From an uncultured Bacteroidales bacterium (GTDB lineage Bacteria > Bacteroidota > Bacteroidia > Bacteroidales > P3), in contig CALGCG010000024.1 of the NCBI GenBank assembly GCA_937884485.1, positions 20,868-84,867 of the forward strand: DNA of 64,000 nt. Direction: 5' to 3'. The notes below the pieces were generated by a model that did not search any database, was not told where the DNA came from, and worked only from the letters and a program-made list of their open reading frames with translations. Each line of letters starts with the position of its first letter. Position 1 is the first letter of the stretch. The position numbers and the translations under genes were made by a program. Shown in pieces: positions 54,701-62,376 of the stretch.

Positions 54701-57700
54701 ACGGCTGTGCGCGACGGCCGGACCTTTAATTATCAATACAAGGCGTTTGTCGTCAGGCCCGACCTGCGGCTGACGGTGGACATAGAGACCTTCCGCGACC
54801 GCCTGCAGCCCGGCGAGCAGGAGCGGTGGCACCTGCGCATCGCCAGCGGCGACACCCTGGACGGGCAGCCCCGGAATGGTGTGGAGGCGAACCTCTGCCT
54901 GACGATGTACGACAAGGCGTTGGACGAGCTCCGGGACCACCGCTATGGTTTCTGGCCATGGTTCTTCGAGTCGCAGGATGTCAGGGTGTATGAGATGGGT
55001 ATGCGTACCGGCACGATGACAGGAAAGGGGAATTTGCCGCCCTTCAGCGGCCGGCAGATTGCCAGCATGAATCGGCCGATGTTCGGACTTGCCCTGCCGT
55101 CGTCGGACGACTATTGCCGTCAGGTGGCCCTGCGTTTCTATCCCGGTGTTGTCAGGGGAACCATCGTCGATGCCAAGACCGGCGAGGCGTTGCCATTTGT
55201 GGCTGTCGTGCTGAAGAGGAACGGCAAGATGGTGACAGCCACCTCCACCGACTTCGACGGAATTTTTGTCATAAATAAGATTCCCGCAGGCGAATACGAA
55301 TTGGAGGTGTCTTATGTGGGTTACAAGCGCTTGAATCAACGGGTGACCATCGGCGCAGGCGTTGGCCAACGCTGGAACATCGCGTTGTCGTCCACGGCAA
55401 CCTCCCTGGAGTGTGTGGAGATAGTGGCAGACAAGGTGCCGGTCATCGAGGTTGGCACCGCTGAGAGCGGCGCACGCTTGTCGGCAGATGACATAGCCCG
55501 CATGCCGGGAAACAGCGTCGAGGAGATTGTGGCCGCCGTGGGCGGCATGGGCTACAGCGATGCCCGAGGAGAGGTGACCATGCAGGGCGGCGTGCGCAAG
55601 CGCACGGGGGTGAATGTGCCCAAGTCGGCCATTGCGGAGTTTCAGCCCCTGCTGCAGTTCGATGGCCGCGCCGGCGAGGCCCCGGCGCTGAGGAAGAACC
55701 TGTCGGCCGTGGCCCTGTTCGAGCCTGCCCTGCGCAGCGACAAAGAGGGCAGGGTGGAGGTGTCGTTCACCATGCCCGACGGCCTCACACAGTGGCAGTT
55801 GCACGGCTTCGCCTGGACCGACGACTTCCAGGTGGGCGTCCTCGACCGCACGCTCTACACGCAGAAGGACCTGATGGTGCAGCCCCTCATGCCCCGCTTC
55901 CTGCGTCAGGGCGACACCACGGAGATCCGCGCCAAGGTCTCCAACCTCACCGACAGCGCCATGACTGTGGTGGTGACATTCGAAGTGGGAAGCGTGGAGA
56001 GTGGCCGAGTGACTGAGTGGCAGAGTGGCTGGGAGGCTGAGTGTCGGGTAGAGGCACATAGCAGCTCCGTTGTCTCTTTCCGGGTTCCGGTGGAGAACGA
56101 CTGGCACATGGTCGACTACAAAATCTCAGCCACCCAGTCACTTGGCCACTCAGCCACTCAGTCACTTAGTCACTCAGCCACCCAGTCACTCAGCCACTCA
56201 GTCACTCAGCCACTCAGCCACTCAGTCACTCACCATCACACCGACGGCGAACAGGGGCGGCTGCCCGTGCTCTCGAATCGCGAGCGCGTCACCACAAGCC
56301 GCCTGCTCTACATTGCCGGCACCACCGACCCTGCCCATCCGAAGACGGCCAGCTACAGCTTCAACTTTTCTCCCCTCGACTCTGTCTCCGTGGCGTTCAA
56401 CGCCAGCCCGATGGACTATGCCGTGCAGGCGTTGCCGCAGTTCAAGCGCCATCGTATGCCGGGCAACCTCTATCTGGCCAACAGCATCTATGTCAACCAC
56501 CTCTCCTCGACCCTCCTGCCGCTCAGCGACAAGGATCGCAAGCGCAAGGTCAAGCAGGTGCGCGACGATTTGCACAACCTCCTGCAGAATCAGACTTCGC
56601 GGGGCGGATGGAGCTGGATGCCCGGAGGCAAGGAGACAAGTCTCCACATCACCGCCGCCATCCTCGAACGCCTCGCCTGCTGTACCTCGCTCATGTCGGG
56701 CGATTACTACAAGCGCTATTGGAAGACCGCCGTCGCAGCCCTCGACAAAGAGGTGGTCCGGTGCTATCAGCAGTCAACCCAGCCACTCAATGGGACGCAG
56801 GCTGCCAGCCTGCGATATGGAGCGTGGGCTGCCAGCCCGCGATCACTCTCCACCCTCTTCGCCCGCAGTTTCTACCTCGATATGTTCCCCATCGCCGAGT
56901 GCGACAGCATTACCCGCGAGGCCTACGACTACTATTACCGCCGTTGCAGGGTGCAGACGGCGCAGGAACTCTCCCTCATGAGTCAGGGGCAGCTTGCGCT
57001 CCTCATGCTGCGCATGGGCGATACGGCCGAGGCCGTCGCCATGGCCAACCGCATCAAAGAGATGGCCCATACGGACGAGCAACAGGGCATGTACTGGGCG
57101 GGGAACGTCGGCGGCTACGGATGGCACCAGCGCCCGGTGGAGACGGCATCGCTACTGGTGGATGTCTTCGCCGATGTGCTGAAGGACTGGGAGTCTGTGA
57201 ACCGCATACAGCAATGGATCCTCTCCGCCAAGCAGGGCACCACGTGGAAGACCGATATGGCCACGGCCAGCGCCGTCGCAGCCCTCCTGCGGCAGCCTGC
57301 CGACACCGTCCGTTCCCTCCCTGCCACCCTCACCGTCAACGGCCAGCCCTATGAGGAGTTCAAGCAGAGCCATGCCGGCGAGGACGCCGGCGCTCCAAAG
57401 GAGCCAGCAACTCTCAATTTTCAATTAGAGAACCCCTCGCCCTATCCCGCCTGGGGGGCGGTCTTCTGCAGCCGTGAGCTGCCGCTGGACAGCATCCGCT
57501 ACGACGGCACCGCCATCAGCCTACGCAAGACCCTCAGCCTGGTCGCTGCCGACGGCAGCCTCCGCCTCCTCGGCCCCGACGCCGTGCTGCATGTCGGCGA
57601 CCGAGTGCGTGTGCATATTGACATATACTGCGAGCGCGACATGGACAACATGGTCCTCGTCGACCAGCGTGCCGCCGCCTTCGAGCCGGTGAGCACCGCC

Positions 57701-57949
57701 AGCGGATGGCAGTGGTGCTGTGGCGTCGGCTCGGCCGACAACGACGGCCTGCGCTACTATGTCGACGTGCGCGACGAAAGCCACAACTGCTACATCGACC
57801 GCCTCAACGAGGGCCGCTACTACGTGGAGTACGACCTCTGGGTCCGCCATGCCGGCACCTTCGAGGGCGGCATCGGCGTGCTCCGCAGCGTCTATGCCCC
57901 CGAATTCCGCGCCAACACCCCGTCCGCCAAACTTAGGGTAGCGGATTGA
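51716..57949 (+). CDS. Alpha-2-macroglobulin-family (MG-domain) large surface/periplasmic protein
   Basis: 2077 aa from Met 51716 (signal MKGRRFFALAVFVVSAFSVYGQ). MG2-like DRPIYRLGDTVRF. An internal carboxypeptidase-regulatory-like domain (VRGTIVDAKTGEALPFVAVVL...YELEVSYVGYK). A2M motif ALFEPALRSDKEGRVEVSFTMPDGLTQWQLHGFAWT. I saw no CxEQ thioester motif by eye. Confidence 0.85.
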   Translation: MKGRRFFALAVFVVSAFSVYGQKDFGGSRLDTLIGNGQYATAYPLAQEQYRQALQKGGSDLLSSAFYLTALDYAYSKIPVDSALARYSLLAHRLQGVDRAVAYVFLYQTYRKLYDRFGYLMHNREKPSDDPMRHPRFWHWRRMEDTLRVCVDSVLAQAEALRTADVRSYSWIGVGENGAPVADSSLLGTLVQALLSPCHAFSDSLEQSLHRRVSALYADGSDEMRLWLDLYRLEGNYHDSVLAALDSLKQHYMPRLQSLEMKAWMDYRRALCLSYAEHKVEAERLCLEVERTYAGTCGACWCRELRREICAPGFKVSYNTTESSRRSRLAMVEGRNMRWVDFRLVPRDSVPDSLRRAHRMDTLRTLPATKEWRQELPDAADHLTHRHLVALPPVPQGDYYLVAMTDSLFCYNDYQSADAVFIAYNFDRAAGKMTCLQPSSGYLVDRVTGQPLVGRRVTLHLEGTLSDRDLHRRQRTDKEGYFHFPVSSSRYLFQVANGLSADVDGYEYEYGDDLYYRAVRSNMVAKPDSKHLEIIMADRPIYRLGDTVRFSCVAYKEKNSGEAWEKRLKPASKVRLLATFGDTDYDAKDTLFLTTDKHGRCWGEFVIPPDGKNGTYTLRVVEPDYESTLRETYNGYCGVEVEAYKAPRFAVTLSTTAEGAADTGSARRFGQPITVYGAAMSFSGAPMTGAKVKWEVSCERMVDPWQSTSIANNFPYADSLVVDDDGLFQFTFTPQRDDIVAGTPALRTYIYTAYVRVMDADGELHEQRLAFHVSDADGYCVVTTDDLSHLTFVYNNFDHQPLKGDVHVELYQLRQPDTLRVLHRLMQEHPDARWVGSRAAFREAFPHLAFSPEEGDRHLWPVVAKRYEGTTGERRLDIDGLPSGLYRVSISTPDGERHDTLINHVARGGRVTGNDVVWLRSTPDRGNPYAAVSVRVGDTVRFELGSPFGEQPLYYCVSHAAKVYRRGMMVLDSSRATEFVIPVTSDMKDGFVVNLTAVRDGRTFNYQYKAFVVRPDLRLTVDIETFRDRLQPGEQERWHLRIASGDTLDGQPRNGVEANLCLTMYDKALDELRDHRYGFWPWFFESQDVRVYEMGMRTGTMTGKGNLPPFSGRQIASMNRPMFGLALPSSDDYCRQVALRFYPGVVRGTIVDAKTGEALPFVAVVLKRNGKMVTATSTDFDGIFVINKIPAGEYELEVSYVGYKRLNQRVTIGAGVGQRWNIALSSTATSLECVEIVADKVPVIEVGTAESGARLSADDIARMPGNSVEEIVAAVGGMGYSDARGEVTMQGGVRKRTGVNVPKSAIAEFQPLLQFDGRAGEAPALRKNLSAVALFEPALRSDKEGRVEVSFTMPDGLTQWQLHGFAWTDDFQVGVLDRTLYTQKDLMVQPLMPRFLRQGDTTEIRAKVSNLTDSAMTVVVTFEVGSVESGRVTEWQSGWEAECRVEAHSSSVVSFRVPVENDWHMVDYKISATQSLGHSATQSLSHSATQSLSHSVTQPLSHSVTHHHTDGEQGRLPVLSNRERVTTSRLLYIAGTTDPAHPKTASYSFNFSPLDSVSVAFNASPMDYAVQALPQFKRHRMPGNLYLANSIYVNHLSSTLLPLSDKDRKRKVKQVRDDLHNLLQNQTSRGGWSWMPGGKETSLHITAAILERLACCTSLMSGDYYKRYWKTAVAALDKEVVRCYQQSTQPLNGTQAASLRYGAWAASPRSLSTLFARSFYLDMFPIAECDSITREAYDYYYRRCRVQTAQELSLMSQGQLALLMLRMGDTAEAVAMANRIKEMAHTDEQQGMYWAGNVGGYGWHQRPVETASLLVDVFADVLKDWESVNRIQQWILSAKQGTTWKTDMATASAVAALLRQPADTVRSLPATLTVNGQPYEEFKQSHAGEDAGAPKEPATLNFQLENPSPYPAWGAVFCSRELPLDSIRYDGTAISLRKTLSLVAADGSLRLLGPDAVLHVGDRVRVHIDIYCERDMDNMVLVDQRAAAFEPVSTASGWQWCCGVGSADNDGLRYYVDVRDESHNCYIDRLNEGRYYVEYDLWVRHAGTFEGGIGVLRSVYAPEFRANTPSAKLRVAD
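56130..56233 (+). repeat. Thirteen tandem octanucleotide units (YCACYYRG) inside the A2M-family CDS
   Basis: The 13 units, in order: ccacccag, tcacttgg, ccactcag, ccactcag, tcacttag, tcactcag, ccacccag, tcactcag, ccactcag, tcactcag, ccactcag, ccactcag, tcactcac. Translated as SATQSL(G/S)H repeats. Confidence 0.95.
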
Positions 57950-57987
57950 TTTTCACGATGGGAGAACATCGGATGTGAGTCTATAGG

Positions 57988-58031
57988 TTTTACTCCCCTT
58001 TTACTCCCCTTTTTATCATCTTTTACTCAAA
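57988..58031. repeat. Four 11-nt tandem units (TTTTACTCCCC type)
   Basis: ttttactcccc, ttttactcccc, tttttatcatc and ttttactcaaa, in the gap between the convergent A2M and porin genes. Confidence 0.9.
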
Positions 58032-58182
58032 TTCTGCCTGGGTGTAGGGTAGGTCTAGGGATCGTCCTATATCGCTAAGGTGCTTTTTTATTCAGTGTTG
58101 CATTTGCAACTGGAACTTAGGCAGCAGGAATCGCCCGTCGCCGGCAGGGCTGTGGCCGGCTATTGTGGAAAATGCTACCTCT

Positions 58183-59163
58183 CTAAAAACCAACTTGGCA
58201 ATTCAGATATGCCGAGTAAACACTTTCGGCATTGTCGGCTTTCGGCATTGCCATCCTGAAATTGGGGGCTATCTTTACATATTTGCCGATTTTGAATTGG
58301 GCGCCCAGGATGGCTGCCGATTCGTCGTTCGCGCCGTTCCAGCCGCTACGGGAATACAGGTCGTCCAATCGCACAAACAGGGATATGCCTTTGGGCAGGT
58401 TTACCATAGCGTACAGCGAGTAGCCGCTCAGGTCGGCATCCGCCACGCCCGATGTGTTGGCCATATAGCTGTATTCGGCCCCGACGGCAAACCGCTCGTG
58501 GCGGTAGCCTGCAAAAGCCGCCAGGTTTGCCGTGTTCTCTCGCCCCTCCGCTCCGCTCTCGTTCAAGCCTCCGTACAGGCGGATATGGAAACCTTCGGCC
58601 GGAGTGAGCGTCACGCCCAAGCCGTAGTTCAGACCGTCCCCTGCCTGAATCTTCTTATAACCCTCGCCGTTCACCACAATGGCGTCGGCCGAAATCCAGT
58701 CGGCAATCCGATAGGCTGCAGAGAGGCCCAAATCGGCACTGCTGCCGAACTTGTACTCGTCCTGGAAAGACTTCCAGATGTAGCGATAGCCCCAGAACTT
58801 CTCCTGAAACTTGAATTGCGTGGTCGAAATAAGTCCGCCGTTCAACGCAAGGCGGCCGCTCTCCCACGACACCATCGCGTGCTTGATATAAGCAATGCGT
58901 TGGTAGTCGCTCACATCGGCCGACTTGCCGATGTCCAGCACCCCCTTGACCGACAGCCCGCTTCCGAGCTTGTATTCATAACCCAGGTAGCTTCTGTCCA
59001 GTTCAAAGCCCCGATTGTCATTCTCCGAGCCGAAGCCCGTGTGGAAATTTCCGAACACCTGCACAATCGCTTTGCCCTTCGGCTCCCCGATTTCAGCGTT
59101 CCTTTCCTGCGCCACGCCACTGATAGAAGTGGCTAACGCCAATAAAATCATCATTTTGTTCAT
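58183..59163 (-). CDS. Porin-like outer-membrane beta-barrel protein, possibly phosphate/anion-selective
   Basis: From Met 59163: signal MNKMMILLALATSISGVAQ. Alternating beta-strand pattern and terminal ...YLNCQVGF. Divergent from a PiT transporter gene. Confidence 0.55.
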   Translation of the reverse strand: MNKMMILLALATSISGVAQERNAEIGEPKGKAIVQVFGNFHTGFGSENDNRGFELDRSYLGYEYKLGSGLSVKGVLDIGKSADVSDYQRIAYIKHAMVSWESGRLALNGGLISTTQFKFQEKFWGYRYIWKSFQDEYKFGSSADLGLSAAYRIADWISADAIVVNGEGYKKIQAGDGLNYGLGVTLTPAEGFHIRLYGGLNESGAEGRENTANLAAFAGYRHERFAVGAEYSYMANTSGVADADLSGYSLYAMVNLPKGISLFVRLDDLYSRSGWNGANDESAAILGAQFKIGKYVKIAPNFRMAMPKADNAESVYSAYLNCQVGF

Positions 59164-59188
59164 AATATCGTATGTTTTAATCACGCTG

Positions 59189-59196
59189 CAAAAATA
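59189..59196 (-). promoter_or_regulatory. -7-like box TATTTTTG upstream of the porin gene
   Basis: Minus-strand TAnnTTTG match, 25 nt before the ATG at 59163. It lies only 4 nt upstream of the longer listed ORF's start at 59184, too close for a promoter, which supports the 59163 start. Confidence 0.35.
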
Positions 59197-59292
59197 GATT
59201 GGCGATATTACAACGGTATGACATTTTTTATGAAAATTTGCCTCGTAACAATCTTTTCATTTCATCTTAACAGCTTTGTAATATGAGCCCGC

Positions 59293-59300
59293 TATTTTTG
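59293..59300 (+). promoter_or_regulatory. -7-like box TATTTTTG upstream of the PiT gene
   Basis: TAnnTTTG match, 26 nt before the ATG at 59327. The nearest TTTG (59275-59278) is only 14 nt upstream. Confidence 0.35.
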
Positions 59301-59326
59301 CGGTTGGAAATAAACATTAAGAGAAA

Positions 59327-61579
59327 ATGGAAACAACTTGTTATCTGATCATTATTGTGTTTCTGCTGGTGTTGGCAGTGGTGGATTTGTTTGTCGGAGT
59401 CAGCAACGACGCCGTCAATTTTATGAATTCGGCCATCGGGGCCAAGGTGGCGCGGTTCCGCACCGTGATCATCGTTGCCTCGGTTGGAATCGTTGCCGGA
59501 GCTATGCTGTCGGCGGGGATGATGGATGTGGCGCGGCACGGCATTATGCAGCCGTCGTACTTCTCGTTTCGCGAGGTGATGATGCTGTTTCTGGCCGTGA
59601 TGGTGACGGATGTGATTGTGCTTGACGTGTTCAACTCGCACGGTATGCCCACCTCCACGACCGTGTCGTTGGTGTTCGAGCTTTTGGGCGGCACTTTCGT
59701 TCTGGCACTGCTCAAGATGTCGGCCGACGGCAGCCTGGCGATGTCCGACCTGCTCAATTCCAGCAAGGCGTTGTCGGTCATCATCGCCATCTTTGTCAGC
59801 GTCGCGCTCGCTTTCGTCACGGGTGCCGTGGTGCAGTGGATTTCGCGTCTGATTTTCACTTTCCGCATCCACAGGCATCCTTACGCCGAGGCGTTCTTCG
59901 GCGGCATCGCCTTCACGGTGCTCGCCTATTTCATTTTCATCAAGGGGCTTTCGGGCACTCCGTTTATCGGCGAGGAGACGAAGGCGTGGATTGTGCAGAA
60001 CACGGGGATGCTGTTGTTCTGCATATTCTGCGTGACGACATTCGTTTCGTTCTTCCTCGTCATTGCGCGGGTGAACATATTCCGCCTGGTCGTTCTGTTT
60101 GGGACATTCGCTTTGGCGATGGCTTTCGCAAGCAACGACCTGGTAAACTTCGTCGGTGTGCCCCTCGCCGGGCTGTCCTCCTTCCAAGACTGGATGCAAC
60201 ACGGCGCGCCCGACCCCGACGGCTTTATGATGACCTCGCTGATGGAGTCGGAGAAATCGCCGTTTGGCTATCTGGCCGTCGCCGGGGTGATAATGATTGT
60301 GGCACTGGCCACCTCGAAGAAAGCCCAGAATGTGGTGAAGACCGAGGTGGGCCTGGGCCGACAGGACGAGAGCGACGAGATGTTCGGCTCCAGCCAGGCA
60401 GCGCGTACCATAGTGCGTTCGGCGCAAGCGGCCAAGACGGCCGTTTCGAGCATCACCCCACGTTGGCTTCGCCGGGCCATACGGCAGCGTTTCGACACCG
60501 AGAATGCCGAAATGCCGGGCGGCGCATCGTTCGATATGGTGCGGGCATCGGTCAACCTGGTGCTGGCATCGGTATTGATAGTCATCGGCACCAACTACAA
60601 ACTGCCGCTCTCCACCACCTACGTGACTTTTATGGTGGCAATGGGAACAAGTCTTGCCGACGGCGCGTGGGGACGCGACAGCGCTGTGTTCCGTGTCACG
60701 GGAGTCCTCAGCGTCATCGGTGGCTGGTTCCTCACGGCCGGCATTGCCTTTGTCTCGTGCGCCCTGGTCTGCCTGCTGTTCTATTTTGGCGGCTTCATCG
60801 CTATGTTTGCCTTGATGATTTTGGCGGCATTCATCGTGGTGAAGGGCAACATCACCTACCGCAAGAAAAAACTGGAGGACAAGGACGCGCTTCTCGCTTC
60901 CATTATGCACAGCCACGACGCAGAGATTGTGTGGGATCTGCTGAGAAAACATATCAGCCATACGCAGAGCGACACCTGCCGTTTCACCGCCGAACAATAC
61001 AACCGCATCCTCGACGGTCTGACGACGGAGAACCTTAAAGGGTTGCGCGCCACGCAACTGCTGCTGAAAGACAAACAGGAGGAGCTGAAAAAGGTGCGCC
61101 ACCGCGAGTTTGTCGCTTTGCACCGCATTCCCGAGGACATCGCACTGGAACACAACACCTGGTTCCATCTTGGCGCCAACAGCAACCAGCAGTTCATCTA
61201 CTGCCTGAAGCGGCTGCTCGAGCCGATAAAGGAGCATATCGACAACAACTTCAACCCCGTACCAGCGGCCTTTATGGAAGAGTTCCGCCCCATCCGCAAC
61301 CGCATCGGCAATCTGATGGACGAGACTTGCGAGATGCTCACCACTTGCAGTTTCGACCACGAAAAAAGAGTGCTCGAGGAGGCCGAACTCTGCAAAAAAG
61401 AGCTCTCGGCCCTGCGCAAGACACACATCGACCGTATGCAGAGGCGGACGGGCACAGCCGACTACAAAACATCGCTCATCTACTTGAACATCCTCCAGGA
61501 GAGTCAGGAACTGCTCAGCATAATGCGCCACCAACTGAAAGCCGCACGCAAACTCCTCGCAGAGAGCAAGCGTTTTTAG
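59327..61579 (+). CDS. Inorganic phosphate transporter (PiT/PHO4 family) with long cytoplasmic C-terminal domain
   Basis: Two PHO4-type motifs (GVSNDAVNFMNSAIG and FASNDLVNFVGVPLAG) and many TM helices. The hydrophilic C-terminal tail is about 250 aa. Confidence 0.85.
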   Translation: METTCYLIIIVFLLVLAVVDLFVGVSNDAVNFMNSAIGAKVARFRTVIIVASVGIVAGAMLSAGMMDVARHGIMQPSYFSFREVMMLFLAVMVTDVIVLDVFNSHGMPTSTTVSLVFELLGGTFVLALLKMSADGSLAMSDLLNSSKALSVIIAIFVSVALAFVTGAVVQWISRLIFTFRIHRHPYAEAFFGGIAFTVLAYFIFIKGLSGTPFIGEETKAWIVQNTGMLLFCIFCVTTFVSFFLVIARVNIFRLVVLFGTFALAMAFASNDLVNFVGVPLAGLSSFQDWMQHGAPDPDGFMMTSLMESEKSPFGYLAVAGVIMIVALATSKKAQNVVKTEVGLGRQDESDEMFGSSQAARTIVRSAQAAKTAVSSITPRWLRRAIRQRFDTENAEMPGGASFDMVRASVNLVLASVLIVIGTNYKLPLSTTYVTFMVAMGTSLADGAWGRDSAVFRVTGVLSVIGGWFLTAGIAFVSCALVCLLFYFGGFIAMFALMILAAFIVVKGNITYRKKKLEDKDALLASIMHSHDAEIVWDLLRKHISHTQSDTCRFTAEQYNRILDGLTTENLKGLRATQLLLKDKQEELKKVRHREFVALHRIPEDIALEHNTWFHLGANSNQQFIYCLKRLLEPIKEHIDNNFNPVPAAFMEEFRPIRNRIGNLMDETCEMLTTCSFDHEKRVLEEAELCKKELSALRKTHIDRMQRRTGTADYKTSLIYLNILQESQELLSIMRHQLKAARKLLAESKRF

Positions 61580-61631
61580 CCAAACACAATAAAAAACAGC
61601 ATATTCCGTTTTATCCAATAATATTTGCCCT

Positions 61632-62324
61632 ATGATTAAAGACCGCACATACAACATTCTTGTTGTTGACGACGAAATCGACATTTGTCAGATACTGCAA
61701 TATAATCTTGAGAAAGAAGGCTATTCCGTTGCGGTGGCAACATCCGCGGAAGAAGCCCTGCAAAACAACATTCCCGATTTCAACCTCTTGCTACTCGATG
61801 TGATGATGGACGGAATGTCGGGCTTCGAACTGGCAAGTGCCTTGAAAAACAACGAGAAAACATCAGACATCCCTATTATCTTTCTGACGGCAAAGGATTC
61901 GGAACAGGACGTCTTGCACGGTTTCGGACTTGGTGCCGACGATTATATTTCCAAACCGTTCAGGATACTGGAACTGTTGGCCAGAGTCAAGGTCGTTTTA
62001 ACCAGGTCGGAACGCAAAGAAAAACCGGCGAAGGACACCCTGCAATATGAGGGCATTGTGCTAAACACCAGCCAGAAAAAGGTACACGTCGACGGAGTGG
62101 AAGTCCCTTTCACAAGGACCGAGTTCGAACTGCTGGCTTTGCTGCTGTCGGTTCGTGGACGAGTCCACTCCCGGCAAGAGTTGATTGACCGCATCTGGCC
62201 CAACGATGCCACGGTGATGGACCGGACGGTCGACGTGAACATCCTGAGGATACGGAAAAAGATTAAGCCCTATTCTTCGTGTATCGGGACAAAGATGGGC
62301 TACGGTTATTATTTCAAGGACTGA
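61632..62324 (+). CDS. OmpR/PhoB-family response regulator
   Basis: Receiver domain (ILVVDDE...LLLDVMMDG...ISKPF) plus a winged-helix output domain (FTRTEFELLALL...VDVNILRIRKKI). Confidence 0.9.
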   Translation: MIKDRTYNILVVDDEIDICQILQYNLEKEGYSVAVATSAEEALQNNIPDFNLLLLDVMMDGMSGFELASALKNNEKTSDIPIIFLTAKDSEQDVLHGFGLGADDYISKPFRILELLARVKVVLTRSERKEKPAKDTLQYEGIVLNTSQKKVHVDGVEVPFTRTEFELLALLLSVRGRVHSRQELIDRIWPNDATVMDRTVDVNILRIRKKIKPYSSCIGTKMGYGYYFKD

Positions 62325-62328
62325 CCAC

Positions 62329-62376
62329 TAACGCAATAACACACTAACGCACTAACGCATTAACGCATTAAATATA
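62329..62376 (+). repeat. Tandem octanucleotide TAACGCAY, 5 good units plus 1 degenerate, between the regulator and kinase genes
   Basis: taacgcaa, taacacac, taacgcac, taacgcat, taacgcat and taaatata. The last unit runs into the kinase ATG at 62376. Confidence 0.95.

Noticed and set aside
53255-56107. 950-aa minus-strand ORF antisense to the A2M-family gene. Similar long antisense or alternate-frame ORFs are 51644..53164 on the minus strand and 56070..56981 and 56608..57354 on the plus strand.
   Set aside because: Composition is Arg/Ala/Gly/His/Pro-rich with no recognisable motifs. They lie entirely inside a well-supported GC-rich gene, and such shadow ORFs are expected from GC3-rich codon usage. 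The 56070..56981 frame matters only as the landing frame of a hypothetical repeat-mediated frameshift.
59267-61684. 805-aa minus-strand ORF opposite the PiT transporter gene, and 58165..59136 on the plus strand opposite the porin gene.
   Set aside because: These are mirror ORFs of confidently identified genes. They are low-complexity Arg/His/Gly-rich translations with no motifs.
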